A stretch of 64,000 nt of DNA, taken from IMG/VR virus record IMGVR_UViG_3300021247_000536, positions 115-64,114 of that record. The stretch is one strand, 5' to 3'. The translations under genes and the position numbers were made by a program. Positions 10,461-19,941 of the stretch are shown in pieces. This DNA comes from a virus. The notes beneath the pieces are model-generated. The model was not told the DNA's origin. It did not search any database and saw only the letters and a program-made list of their open reading frames with translations. How positions within the stretch are numbered: the first letter of the stretch is position 1; each line of letters opens with the position of its first letter.

Positions 10461-11074
10461 TTTAAGCAGGCATTTGTTATTGCGTTGACAAGTTTGATTT
10501 TCCAATCATTGGTCATCATCTTCTTTACCTCAGATTCATTTGTATGGAACCCCGCTTCGATTAACACTGCCGGCATGGAGGTCTTTCTTAGGACATAGAA
10601 GTTTTCTTCCTTATCCTTATCTCCATCTAAAGCATCTTGTCTCCACTTTACAGATCCGCCAAACTCATGCTCAAGTTCAGAGATAAGCATCGTAGCAAAT
10701 GCATCAGACTTTGTCTGACCTTTTGATGTATACACTGATATTCCAGACGCAGGCATCCAGCTTTCACCGTTACCTTGAGCATCAGAATGAATTGAGATAT
10801 ACACAGACTTACGACCTAGGCCAATCTTATTAGCTGTAATAACTCTTTTCAGCAAAGGAACATCAAGGTCGCTTCCTCCAGTTACATCTACAGCCTCCAT
10901 GCCAATAGATGACAGGTGATATATAAGTCTTTTAGCATTGTCTCTGTTGTTCACGCCTTCGTAAAAGCGAGAACCGTCAGGAAATTTTGGAGAATACTTA
11001 CCATCTTTAGACTGGTTAACTCCATTGATAACTCCTCCGTGACCAGGGTCTACAATAAATAACGTTGAACTCAT
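10427..11074 (-). CDS. Endolysin, N-acetylmuramoyl-L-alanine amidase (Amidase_3)
   Basis: IVDPGHGG, FYEG, ISIHSDA, ENFYVLRKTSMPAVLIEAGFHTNESE are the Zn-amidase motifs. Confidence 0.93.
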   Translation of the reverse strand: MSSTLFIVDPGHGGVINGVNQSKDGKYSPKFPDGSRFYEGVNNRDNAKRLIYHLSSIGMEAVDVTGGSDLDVPLLKRVITANKIGLGRKSVYISIHSDAQGNGESWMPASGISVYTSKGQTKSDAFATMLISELEHEFGGSVKWRQDALDGDKDKEENFYVLRKTSMPAVLIEAGFHTNESEVKKMMTNDWKIKLVNAITNACLKWDDSAASHVG

Positions 11075-11340
11075 TGTTTCTTTTCTTTGTTTTTCTTACT
11101 GTGATGCGTCTTCCAAACTCCATAACACGTAAAGATACCAGCTAACATTGCCGCTGTCCATGCGCCCATCTGAAATAGTTGCATGAACACTAATGGTATG
11201 TGAGTTTCATTCTGAGTTACTTGAAGCATTAGCGCACCAATAACATGTGCGCCAGACAAGGCAAACCCAACGTAGGGGTGGTTTCCTAAATAATTCTCCA
11301 TTCTGTCTATGGTCATTTTTGTTTCAATTAATAATCCCAT
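11071..11340 (-). CDS. Holin-like membrane protein
   Basis: Two TM segments with basic C-terminal tail (HHSKKNKEKKQ), immediately upstream of the endolysin. Confidence 0.6.
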   Translation of the reverse strand: MGLLIETKMTIDRMENYLGNHPYVGFALSGAHVIGALMLQVTQNETHIPLVFMQLFQMGAWTAAMLAGIFTCYGVWKTHHSKKNKEKKQ

Positions 11341-12122
11341 CGGCCAATGTATTCCCTAAAGTCGTTCTTTTCCCCGTCACTCATTTTGGAAACACGTGTA
11401 GCCACCCTATGCCATGATCCATTATAACCTTCCTTATCCAATCGAGATGTGTATATTCTCCATAGATTAGAATACATCTGAGGGTTTTCTGTCATGAGCG
11501 CTCTTGATGCAGCTTCGCAAACATAGTCAACAACAGCCTGCTTGAAAATAGGAGGTATGAATGGCGTGTCTCCAAGGTTTGCAGATATACCAGAGAATCG
11601 CACATGGAGCATATCAAACTTACGAACAGAAGACGACACCATTATCGATCCATTCTCTACGTTGTAGTAGTGAAGATTGCTCGCAGGGTTCTCGTCGTTT
11701 CTTATTAGAAGATCTCCATATGGCTGAGTCTGGCTATATGTTCTTCCGTTTATAAAGAACGGGTCTGGAGATTTATCTCCGCGATTCTTTGCAACGACAC
11801 GACCTCCCTTTGTAAAGTAGTTTCTTTTGTGCCACAACTTAGTCATTGACCCTGGCTCACATATAGATCCGCTATATGCGTAAACTTCTTTTACGTTAAA
11901 TGTTCCAGCTGGAAGATCTACAGTAAGAGACTCTTTGTCAATTACAAGATCTTCTCTTCTTTCAAAGAATAGTGTGTCAAATGAAAGTTCTTGAAGGCAT
12001 TCTTGTATTTGGCTTAGGTACCATCCGTGGAATAGTTTCTTACCTTCACGGTCTCCCATATTTATGAGCACATCTTGTAGGATGTTCTCAGGGCTTAGCA
12101 TGTCATGTCTTGAGAAATCCAT
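11328..12122 (-). CDS. Tail ring/adaptor protein (third of three)
   Basis: Similar size and helix-beta-helix pattern (IPPIFKQAVVDY) to the two upstream genes; tandem ring genes as in crAss-like phages. Confidence 0.5.
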   Translation of the reverse strand: MDFSRHDMLSPENILQDVLINMGDREGKKLFHGWYLSQIQECLQELSFDTLFFERREDLVIDKESLTVDLPAGTFNVKEVYAYSGSICEPGSMTKLWHKRNYFTKGGRVVAKNRGDKSPDPFFINGRTYSQTQPYGDLLIRNDENPASNLHYYNVENGSIMVSSSVRKFDMLHVRFSGISANLGDTPFIPPIFKQAVVDYVCEAASRALMTENPQMYSNLWRIYTSRLDKEGYNGSWHRVATRVSKMSDGEKNDFREYIGRWDY

Positions 12123-12124
12123 CT

Positions 12125-12847
12125 TTATTCAGCTTGTTGTTGGTTTACGCTTGCTACCTTTTGAGTAGGTACTGCGCCTTGGTTTGCATTTGGATCGTCA
12201 CCAGTATTTTGTCTCTGACTTGGCACAAGTAGAATGAATCGTCCAAGATCAAGACACTGCCGGCGGAGGATGTCGATAAGCTCTTCCGGAAATTCGAAAG
12301 GAGCGTCAATGTCAATCTCTGTCACTGGCTTTATTGTTGAGTAGATACCAAACTCCACATTAGGCACGTTGATATTTTCGATGCCAAGATAGTTCACGTA
12401 ATTACCTGTACGAAAGAAGTATGGTCTTGACGGAGCTGGCATTGTGTATGGACTCCACGATAGAAGTCTTGATTCAGATGGAGATGTTCTTTCAAATCTA
12501 AGCTTGGTGAATCTAGGAGGACACCCAGGACCACCATCAGATTCATAAGCAATATATTCTATACCTCCGTCTTTATCAAAATCAAATATGCTTGCTGGCA
12601 ACTCAGAGTATTTTCTTCCAGCTACTATCGCAGTTTGTTGCGTAGTGGTTGGTTCAACAACAGGAACTTGTGGCCATATTGTAAGATAAGCCCCAGAATC
12701 TCTTTTGTCAATATGCTGAGATAGTATTCTGTTTGACAACGTAATAACCCAGAACGCAACATGCGATGGCTGGATCTCTCGGTCATCGATAGTCTGCTTC
12801 AGAGAGACAATTATGTCGTCTACTATTTGTCTTAACGGTGTTGCCAT
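12125..12847 (-). CDS. Tail ring/adaptor protein
   Basis: N-terminal helix, C-terminal FEFPEELIDIL matches IEFPELLTDMI in the adjacent gene. Confidence 0.55.
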   Translation of the reverse strand: MATPLRQIVDDIIVSLKQTIDDREIQPSHVAFWVITLSNRILSQHIDKRDSGAYLTIWPQVPVVEPTTTQQTAIVAGRKYSELPASIFDFDKDGGIEYIAYESDGGPGCPPRFTKLRFERTSPSESRLLSWSPYTMPAPSRPYFFRTGNYVNYLGIENINVPNVEFGIYSTIKPVTEIDIDAPFEFPEELIDILRRQCLDLGRFILLVPSQRQNTGDDPNANQGAVPTQKVASVNQQQAE

Positions 12848-13614
12848 TACTGAGTAAGTGTAGCGATGATTGTGCGTATATCAGCCTGCGTAACCGTATA
12901 TGCATTCGTCTGATCTCCCTGTTTGAATGATATGAAGTTGACAAGCTTGTCGACAATCATGTCAGTCAGTAGTTCTGGAAACTCTATTGAATCGTTTACC
13001 GAAGTCGGCATTTCAGGATACTTCAAATATCGAACACCAATAAGCTTGCGAGGAACAGAAGGTCTTATCTCTATTTCGAAATCTCCAGCAGGATTATATG
13101 TTGTAGACGTATAGTTTGCAAAGTCAAGGTATGCATACTGCTTGAATCCATTTGTAAGAGTCACATTGCCGGGCATGAAGATGTTCTTCTGGTTAATGTT
13201 CCACTGTTCAAATGTCTGACGTCCAGCCGAATACTCAGAAGATTTGAACGATAGATCCAAACGAACTTTTGATTGAGCGCCAGTAATAGTAGGATCTATT
13301 GTTCCTGGCTGGATAGTTGTAGCCTCTGGATGAATGCTAAGTATCGTCCAAAGCTTCTCACCTGATAGATCGGCAGAGTTGTATGAGAATCGAGAGTAAT
13401 TGTTTGTTTGCCAAATGCGAACCTTAACAAGCTCCTTCAGTGCTTCTGCCGGAGCTTTAGTGTCAGCGAACGCGCTGTTGATTATCGAAACAATAAACTC
13501 TATTGCATACGCAAGCCCAGGCTGATAGTCGCGATCAAAACGGTAGCGATCACTTCCTTCGGCATCGAGCATGGACTCTGCTCTTGAAATTACATCAGAT
13601 ACGAGTATTGGCAT
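12847..13614 (-). CDS. Head-tail adaptor/ring protein (P22 gp4-like position)
   Basis: YLKYPEMPTSVNDSIEFPELLTDMIV motif; first gene after the head genes. Confidence 0.55.
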   Translation of the reverse strand: MPILVSDVISRAESMLDAEGSDRYRFDRDYQPGLAYAIEFIVSIINSAFADTKAPAEALKELVKVRIWQTNNYSRFSYNSADLSGEKLWTILSIHPEATTIQPGTIDPTITGAQSKVRLDLSFKSSEYSAGRQTFEQWNINQKNIFMPGNVTLTNGFKQYAYLDFANYTSTTYNPAGDFEIEIRPSVPRKLIGVRYLKYPEMPTSVNDSIEFPELLTDMIVDKLVNFISFKQGDQTNAYTVTQADIRTIIATLTQ

Positions 13615-13630
13615 GGCGATGTAAAGTTAA

Positions 13631-13670
13631 TAAAAAAGGCCGGCTATTTTACTAGTCGGCCTTTATTTTT
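13631..13670 (-). terminator. Intrinsic terminator (bidirectional-type)
   Basis: AAAAAA-GGCCGGCTA-TTTTAC-TAGTCGGCC-TTTATTTTT. Confidence 0.8.
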
Positions 13671-14444
13671 TTATGCGCCTGTTGGTGCGGAAGAGATGTA
13701 TTTCTCTTTTGTGCTTTCGGCCACAATTTTTCTTGTAGCTTCAGACTCTGCATGCAATTCCTGATCAAGCATTTTATCCATGATCTCAATACGCATGTAC
13801 TCTACGTCTTGAGTTACTTGAACTCCGTAAGCTAATGCGTTTTGAGCAACCTGAACTGGAGTCCAAGCATTTACAGCGCCAGCAAATCTTGCTCGTCTGT
13901 TTGCACGCTTAATCTTTTCAGGATCAGCATTTAGCATCATCTTCTTTGTAATTACGCCAGACTTAAAGTCAGGATGGTTTTCAATCCACTTCTGCTCTTC
14001 TTTGCTGTATGATGTGTAAGCAGAAAGGATAATGTAGTTTGTCTCTCTTCCAGTGCCTGGTGTTGGCAAACTAGATTGATACTCAAACAAGATAGGACCG
14101 TTAGGAGGAAGCGGATATTCGACACCTCCTACCTTGGCCGTGTTAAGTACTCGGCAATATTGATAACAAAAATATGTCGCTCCGTTCTGATCGTAATCTT
14201 CTGGAGAGAACTCTTTCTTGTCTTTGTTGTTTGCAATTGCAGGTCCAGCCGATGACTGTACCGCATCTCTGATTGCTTCAGCAAGTTCTTTTGTGTCCGA
14301 CTTCGATGACTGAGCAGAAAGTTTCGCCTCTAGCTCTTCGAGTCGTTTCATCATTGCAGCATTCTGTTCTTCGAGAATTTCTGCCTTTGTTTTTTTTACC
14401 GGTTCGTCTTTTTGACCTGATCCTTTGATTGTACCTTCTGACAT
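13671..14444 (-). CDS. Hypothetical head-module protein
   Basis: 257-aa ORF directly after the MCP; charged low-complexity N-terminus. Confidence 0.6.
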   Translation of the reverse strand: MSEGTIKGSGQKDEPVKKTKAEILEEQNAAMMKRLEELEAKLSAQSSKSDTKELAEAIRDAVQSSAGPAIANNKDKKEFSPEDYDQNGATYFCYQYCRVLNTAKVGGVEYPLPPNGPILFEYQSSLPTPGTGRETNYIILSAYTSYSKEEQKWIENHPDFKSGVITKKMMLNADPEKIKRANRRARFAGAVNAWTPVQVAQNALAYGVQVTQDVEYMRIEIMDKMLDQELHAESEATRKIVAESTKEKYISSAPTGA

Positions 14445-14463
14445 GTTACTTTTTTTACGTTAT

Positions 14464-14498
14464 TAAATAAACCCTCCCCAGGTATTCTCCGGGGAGGG
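14464..14498 (-). terminator. Intrinsic terminator after the major capsid gene
   Basis: CCCTCCCC/GGGGAGGG 8-bp stem followed on the minus strand by TTTATTT. Confidence 0.85.
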
Positions 14499-14515
14499 AT
14501 TTGATTGAACTACGA

Positions 14516-15811
14516 CTAGATTACGTCGATAGTGAATGAACCGATTGGGTTGAAGAACTTCAATCCAAGGTTAGCTCCACACCAGTAATCCTTGTATTCC
14601 TCACGAGTACCGTTAGGTCCAAGCATGAGTGTACCGCCTTGCTCAACAGCTGGAAGACCCTGCATAACAACAGGCTTAACCATGTCAAGATCGACAACGA
14701 AGATCTTGTTAGCGAAGCTAGTTGGGAACAGAGAAGGTTCCTGAAGAAGCATTGTTGGAACGTTTACAAACTCAAGGCCTCCGAACTTGAATGAGTCAAG
14801 GTTCAAATCTGCAACTTTATCAGATGGAGCGTAACGCACCAACTGAGCTTTGTAGATCTTGTTCACCTCATTGATAAGACGTGGAGGAGCGATGATGAAA
14901 CGACGGCCAGTTTCTGACTTGTAGTCAGTTGCAAAAGCCAATGCTTCGAACGCAGCCTGAAGACCAGCGATAGTTGTTGTAGCAGAACCAGCACCAGCAG
15001 CAGTCATCAATGGGAAGATACCGCCCATTGCTTTTCCTGGGATACCAGCAGCTGTAGCAAACTCACCACGAGTTCCGTTGATGAACGAAGCAAACAAGTC
15101 CCAACGGATCTGCTTGATAACTTCTTCAACATCCTTCATCAAGTAGTCTGTAGTGCCAAGGTTCTGGAACTTCAACAATTCCACGCGACCCCACTGACGA
15201 GCACGCAAGAAACGCTGAACGTAGTTGTAACGCTCAATTGTGTTCAAACGCTGGTAGGTAGAGAAAGTGTTCTGGCTGTCAGCACGGAATGTTGACATTG
15301 GAACAAGAGTTTCTCCAGCTAAAATTGCCGGCAAGCTAACTCCAGTTTGTGATGTAATTGTCATCACACCTGTTGTGGTGTTAAGAGCAGTTACAATACC
15401 CTTTGTATTGTTAGCGTCGTTATAACAAACAACGTAATCAAGAGTTACAAACGGAATAGACGCAGCCGTAATTGTTACAGTTTGAGATCCAACGGTAGCA
15501 GGAGCAACAGCTACTGCAGCAGCGCCTCCAAGAGGAGCGATTGTAAGCGGTGTACGGCCAAAAGGCTGTTCGCGCCAGTAGTATTCATCGGAAGGAACCG
15601 ACTCCATTGGCTGCTCAAACAGAAGCTTTAGGATGTTGTACTTAGCAGGAGCTGCATCGATGATGGTCTCCTGGAGGGCGCGACGGATTAAGTCCGTTTC
15701 AGAAGCTCCGTATGCAGAGTTTGTTGCATAGTCAGAACCAAGTGCGTTGGCGAAGAGGGCGTTACCATATGGTGAACCGCCTAGGCCGGGTTGATAAACT
15801 GTAGTTGACAT
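14516..15811 (-). CDS. Major capsid protein
   Basis: 431 aa after a scaffold-like gene, followed by a strong terminator; DEYYWRE, MGGI and RRFIIA-type segments; strongly biased codons. Confidence 0.85.
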   Translation of the reverse strand: MSTTVYQPGLGGSPYGNALFANALGSDYATNSAYGASETDLIRRALQETIIDAAPAKYNILKLLFEQPMESVPSDEYYWREQPFGRTPLTIAPLGGAAAVAVAPATVGSQTVTITAASIPFVTLDYVVCYNDANNTKGIVTALNTTTGVMTITSQTGVSLPAILAGETLVPMSTFRADSQNTFSTYQRLNTIERYNYVQRFLRARQWGRVELLKFQNLGTTDYLMKDVEEVIKQIRWDLFASFINGTRGEFATAAGIPGKAMGGIFPLMTAAGAGSATTTIAGLQAAFEALAFATDYKSETGRRFIIAPPRLINEVNKIYKAQLVRYAPSDKVADLNLDSFKFGGLEFVNVPTMLLQEPSLFPTSFANKIFVVDLDMVKPVVMQGLPAVEQGGTLMLGPNGTREEYKDYWCGANLGLKFFNPIGSFTIDVI

Positions 15812-15841
15812 TTGTGTATTTGTTAATGGTTTCGGATTGGA

Positions 15842-17071
15842 TTATCCTCCATACACCGATTTGTTTCCGGTGATGTTCTTTAGGAGGTTGAGCTGGAACT
15901 CAGCTTCCGGAGATACCTTTTGACCTGAACCATTATGACCTGGAGCCTGGGCCGGATTAGGGTTGCCACGCTGAACGAAAGCCTCAGTTGTTTTTGACTC
16001 TGCCTGTTGCGAAACTCTCTTGACTAACACATCAATGATCGTCTGACCATGCTGTGCCAATGCCAAGCGAGATGCCGCGTCTGGAAGGAGCGTACCGTCG
16101 CTATTGAAAAAGGTAGAGGCAATAGGTGTGCGTGCCAATGGCTGCAAGTTCTTAAGCTGAGTTTCAATTTCAATCAGCTTAGTCTTGTCAGTAAAGAAAG
16201 GCAACGACTCCTGAATGCGGGACATTGAAGAAGAGACTGATGCGTCGAAAGATTCTTTCATCTTTCGGGCATTGTCAACTTCATTTTTAATGGCCGCATC
16301 GCGTACCATCTTCGTAGAGGCGAACTTATCCTTGGCTGCATCAATAGCAATCTGGAGTTCTCTCGAAGGGTTATCAATTTCCTCCAACTCTTCTGGACTG
16401 AATCTGTCTTTGAAGTATTCGGAAACCAATGATTTTACATCCTGTTTTTCAACAGGCTTTGAATAATCTATTTGAGATTTATTGGCAACAAGATCTTTCC
16501 ATTCGCGACCTTCAACTTCAGCAAGAAGAACTTGCTTAGCGTCTTCAGAAAGAACTTCAAGTGTCCCAATAACATCTTTGTATTGTTTATCAAGTTCAGA
16601 AAACTTTTGAGAGTCAGCACGCCAGTTCTTGATCGTCTTTGATTTCTCAATAAGATCTTGAGGCGTCTTAATTTCAAAACCGAAATCATCTTTGATGGCT
16701 GCAAATGCAGCATCAAATGTTTCAATCTTTTGAGGAGCAGCATTGTTGCCCTTTGCAATCTTGATTGAACCTAGTCCGGTTTCAATTTCTTCAAACTCTT
16801 CAGCTGTTGTAGTGGTTGCGGCTGGCGCTGCAGGGGCAGCCTGTTGTTGGCTTTCTGGAGCTTTTTGTTGCTGCTGTTGTTGTGCTGCTGCCTGATTCTC
16901 CGCTACCTTTGCTGCTAGTTCTTGAGCAGCTTTTGACTTACCTCCAAACAATGCCGCTGTTGCTGCTGCCTGACTAGAGAAAGCTGGCGTTGGCTGATCG
17001 TTATTAGGCGCACCATTTCCTGCCGGCTGTTGAGCCGGATTCTGTTGACTTTGAACCTGTGTGTTTTCCAT
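15842..17071 (-). CDS. Putative scaffolding protein
   Basis: Q/P/A-rich N-terminus and acidic helical body between portal and MCP; start ATG 17071 downstream of its own promoter. Confidence 0.65.
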   Translation of the reverse strand: MENTQVQSQQNPAQQPAGNGAPNNDQPTPAFSSQAAATAALFGGKSKAAQELAAKVAENQAAAQQQQQQKAPESQQQAAPAAPAATTTTAEEFEEIETGLGSIKIAKGNNAAPQKIETFDAAFAAIKDDFGFEIKTPQDLIEKSKTIKNWRADSQKFSELDKQYKDVIGTLEVLSEDAKQVLLAEVEGREWKDLVANKSQIDYSKPVEKQDVKSLVSEYFKDRFSPEELEEIDNPSRELQIAIDAAKDKFASTKMVRDAAIKNEVDNARKMKESFDASVSSSMSRIQESLPFFTDKTKLIEIETQLKNLQPLARTPIASTFFNSDGTLLPDAASRLALAQHGQTIIDVLVKRVSQQAESKTTEAFVQRGNPNPAQAPGHNGSGQKVSPEAEFQLNLLKNITGNKSVYGG

Positions 17072-17089
17072 GTCTATAACTTGATTTCG

Positions 17090-17120
17090 CAAATTTATTA
17101 ATTAAATTCTATTACTGCAA
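17090..17120 (-). promoter_or_regulatory. Bacteroidota-type promoter for scaffold/MCP
   Basis: Minus strand TTG-N20-TAAATTTG. Confidence 0.75.
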
Positions 17121-17122
17121 AA

Positions 17123-19336
17123 TTATTTTGCAGTCTTAGGATTGTAGATGCTATTGACTGCAGCCTTAGTTTGAATCTGTTCGAGCTTGTCAATCTGTTT
17201 GTCTTTACGAACGTAGTCTTCATATTGTTGCTGTTGCTGCTGCGCATCTCTCTGCATTTGAACCATTGCTTGAGTCGCTTCGGCCTGTTGCATAGCTTGC
17301 TGTTGCTGCTGCTCTTGCATAGCTCTTCCCATCTCAATCTTATCTTTCGCATACTGACGTATTGCGTTAGCGACTTCTTGTGGTGTAGCTCTTCCAAATA
17401 GGTTGGCAACATATGTATCGTCAAGAAGACCTTGCTGTCTAAGCGCAAGAAGCATTGCATTGCCGGCGTTGACAAGCGCATCATGATTTGCATCAAGTCT
17501 TACAAATACTCGGAACTCTTCTGCGTTCATCTCTTTTGATAGAGATATCGCTCTTGCTCCGTCGTCACCAACAGATGTTATCAGCTGAGTCTCGTTGTCA
17601 ATGTACATTCTCTTTCCTCTTGTAGCTATGGCCTGATATGACTGTAGCATAACTCGTCGGATGGCAGAATATACTGGCTCTTGAAGTAGTGACCCTTGCT
17701 GAATCATTGCCTGTGTTACGCCGACCAATTGCTCTGAGCTTCCTTGCTCACCTTGCATGGCCTCGTTCTGTCCTGTTGTTGTCTGTATGATATCCTTCAA
17801 TGCAGACACCAAGTTGAATAGAGCGTATGTCCCAGACTTAGGCGTTGTGTCGTATGTGCTAACCATGTTCTGAACTCCGCGACCGCGAAGATCTGCGAAC
17901 ACTGGTCTTCCTTCTTGCATTGCCTGTACTGCGTCTCTCTCTTCGTCTTTTGTTGAGAATGCAGATCTGTCAAGAACAACACCTGCTCCTCCTGACTGAC
18001 GAACCTGGCTATCTACAACAGATAGAACTCGGTTGATGAATCGCTGAGGGTTAATTGCATCATCAACAGGAGAATGTATTTCTCCATTTATGTATGACCA
18101 GCAGCTCATCTTATATGGGAATGGAGATACGTTGAAGTTGTTGATGTCAACTTCCTGATACGGCATCTCCCCGTATTCCAATGGAATGTCTGGTATGCTT
18201 TTCTTGTTTGTAGGATCTGGAACAGACTGGAATGGAACGTACTTGATGTATCGGATTACATCAGGGAAGATCCTCTTGATCTTCTTTCCGCCCATTGTCT
18301 TCTTAGCCTCTTCTGTCTTTGGTGGATCTACAACATCCTCTTCTGTATATCGAGGAGCATCTTCTCCTGGATATGTGTAGTCAAGTCTTTTGAGAACTGT
18401 ATCCCCAAACTCGTTTATTACATAGCCGACTTTGATTGGCTCTGTATCTCTCCAGTATACGTTGATAACAGGAACTCCTGTTCTAACAAATCTTCCAATG
18501 AATCCGGTAGACTGTCCAGGGAAGTTTCTCTGGTCATACGTTTCAAGAGCTTTCATTTGCTCGAACGTAAGTCCTGGCGTCAATTCATATATCTGAGCTG
18601 GAGACAAGTATTCTATGTGACCCATATATGCCGCGTCTTGCAGATCATACCTACGGGCATTCCTGTCAAAGAAAAAGTCTTTAGACTGTAGGACGTCAAA
18701 TCGTTGATGTCCTGATTGTAGATAGTTAAATTGTCCGCAAAGTCCTGACAATGCCAGGTGTTCTGCAAGACGGGGCACATTGTTCTGAAACTCATTCAGC
18801 TCAGATACATATTCAAGTAGATCATTAAGACCCTTGACAAAGTTATCTACGTAAACGTTTTCAAATATTTCTTCTGTCTCTGCTTTCGATGATCCAATAG
18901 GATATCGTTTCTTCATGGTCTCCGCAAACTCAGGCATCTTCATGGCAATTTCTGTCATGAAGATCATCTCGCCAAGTTTCTTTTCCTTGCGAGTTATTGA
19001 CAATGGAGATACAGATCTAGCTGTTGCTCCAAGCTTCATCGTCTCAGCGTTTCCGCGATATCCCTCTACCAGCTTACGAATCATATTCAAAGTTACCTGG
19101 ATACGATTTCGCGTATCTCCAGTAGCATCCTTCAAGAATATCTCAACATCTTCCGACGTTCTCCACTGATCACCTTGATAGAACATCTCGTTGATGAGTG
19201 TTCTGTTTAGCCACACTTGGTGTGCAGGGTGATTGTATCCAGCCATGAAAGCAAAACGACCCCATCTGAGATGGTAGTCCATGTCTTTCTTGTCAATAAG
19301 TCGATTTGGCCGTGTGTCTGAAATTGCGAATATCAT
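17123..19336 (-). CDS. Portal protein
   Basis: 737 aa near TerL; FYQGDQW, RIQVTLNMIRKLVEGYRG and Q-rich barrel tail match P22-type portals. Confidence 0.9.
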   Translation of the reverse strand: MIFAISDTRPNRLIDKKDMDYHLRWGRFAFMAGYNHPAHQVWLNRTLINEMFYQGDQWRTSEDVEIFLKDATGDTRNRIQVTLNMIRKLVEGYRGNAETMKLGATARSVSPLSITRKEKKLGEMIFMTEIAMKMPEFAETMKKRYPIGSSKAETEEIFENVYVDNFVKGLNDLLEYVSELNEFQNNVPRLAEHLALSGLCGQFNYLQSGHQRFDVLQSKDFFFDRNARRYDLQDAAYMGHIEYLSPAQIYELTPGLTFEQMKALETYDQRNFPGQSTGFIGRFVRTGVPVINVYWRDTEPIKVGYVINEFGDTVLKRLDYTYPGEDAPRYTEEDVVDPPKTEEAKKTMGGKKIKRIFPDVIRYIKYVPFQSVPDPTNKKSIPDIPLEYGEMPYQEVDINNFNVSPFPYKMSCWSYINGEIHSPVDDAINPQRFINRVLSVVDSQVRQSGGAGVVLDRSAFSTKDEERDAVQAMQEGRPVFADLRGRGVQNMVSTYDTTPKSGTYALFNLVSALKDIIQTTTGQNEAMQGEQGSSEQLVGVTQAMIQQGSLLQEPVYSAIRRVMLQSYQAIATRGKRMYIDNETQLITSVGDDGARAISLSKEMNAEEFRVFVRLDANHDALVNAGNAMLLALRQQGLLDDTYVANLFGRATPQEVANAIRQYAKDKIEMGRAMQEQQQQQAMQQAEATQAMVQMQRDAQQQQQQYEDYVRKDKQIDKLEQIQTKAAVNSIYNPKTAK

Positions 19337-19941
19337 CGTTCACTTGTTTTACTTCTACGTTCAAGAGCGATCTCGTGAGCTGTCTTACCAGAAGCAAGAT
19401 CAACAGACACAGCCGCGTTTATTCCGAAACCTTCTTCTCTGATCTTGATTACCTCTGGAAGTTCTTCGCGAACTTTTTGTATTGCCGTAACATACGAACT
19501 AACTGACGAAGCATCAAACACTTCAACGCCATCTACAGTTTTGTACATTACATTGTTAATATCTATTTTTGATATTGACAGAAGATTGTTAAAAATTTGT
19601 TCTACCGCTTCGTTTGCTCTTGATCTGTGATCAGGGCTAAAGCGCTGCATCACTTCATTTGCCTGCATTATCTCTGGTGAGAACTGGCAGTTGTAGTATT
19701 TTACTCTTACGCTTTGATCTGCGTTTGGTCCGAATGAATTGTCGAATGCGGCTCTTGCCTTTTCAAAGCGATCTTTTATTCCGGTCTCTTTGCTATTCAA
19801 CGGTGATGCTTGGCAGGCGAACCACCACACGAAGTCTCCTTCTGGCTTTGTTAGATCTCTAAACTCAGGCTTTGTTGCAAGCTCTGGGTATGCATCTACC
19901 AGCTTCTTCTTTCTGTCTGGAAAAAATAATGCTTCTTTCAT
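19333..19941 (-). CDS. Hypothetical protein between TerL and portal (possible small terminase)
   Basis: Helical 202-aa ORF translationally coupled to both neighbours; function inferred from position only. Confidence 0.5.
   Translation of the reverse strand: MKEALFFPDRKKKLVDAYPELATKPEFRDLTKPEGDFVWWFACQASPLNSKETGIKDRFEKARAAFDNSFGPNADQSVRVKYYNCQFSPEIMQANEVMQRFSPDHRSRANEAVEQIFNNLLSISKIDINNVMYKTVDGVEVFDASSVSSYVTAIQKVREELPEVIKIREEGFGINAAVSVDLASGKTAHEIALERRSKTSER

Noticed and set aside
13622-13629. TAACTTTAC (also at 56470-56477) as late promoters
   Set aside because: The -7-like box is imperfect and lacks a properly spaced TTG; plausible but not supportable enough to list.
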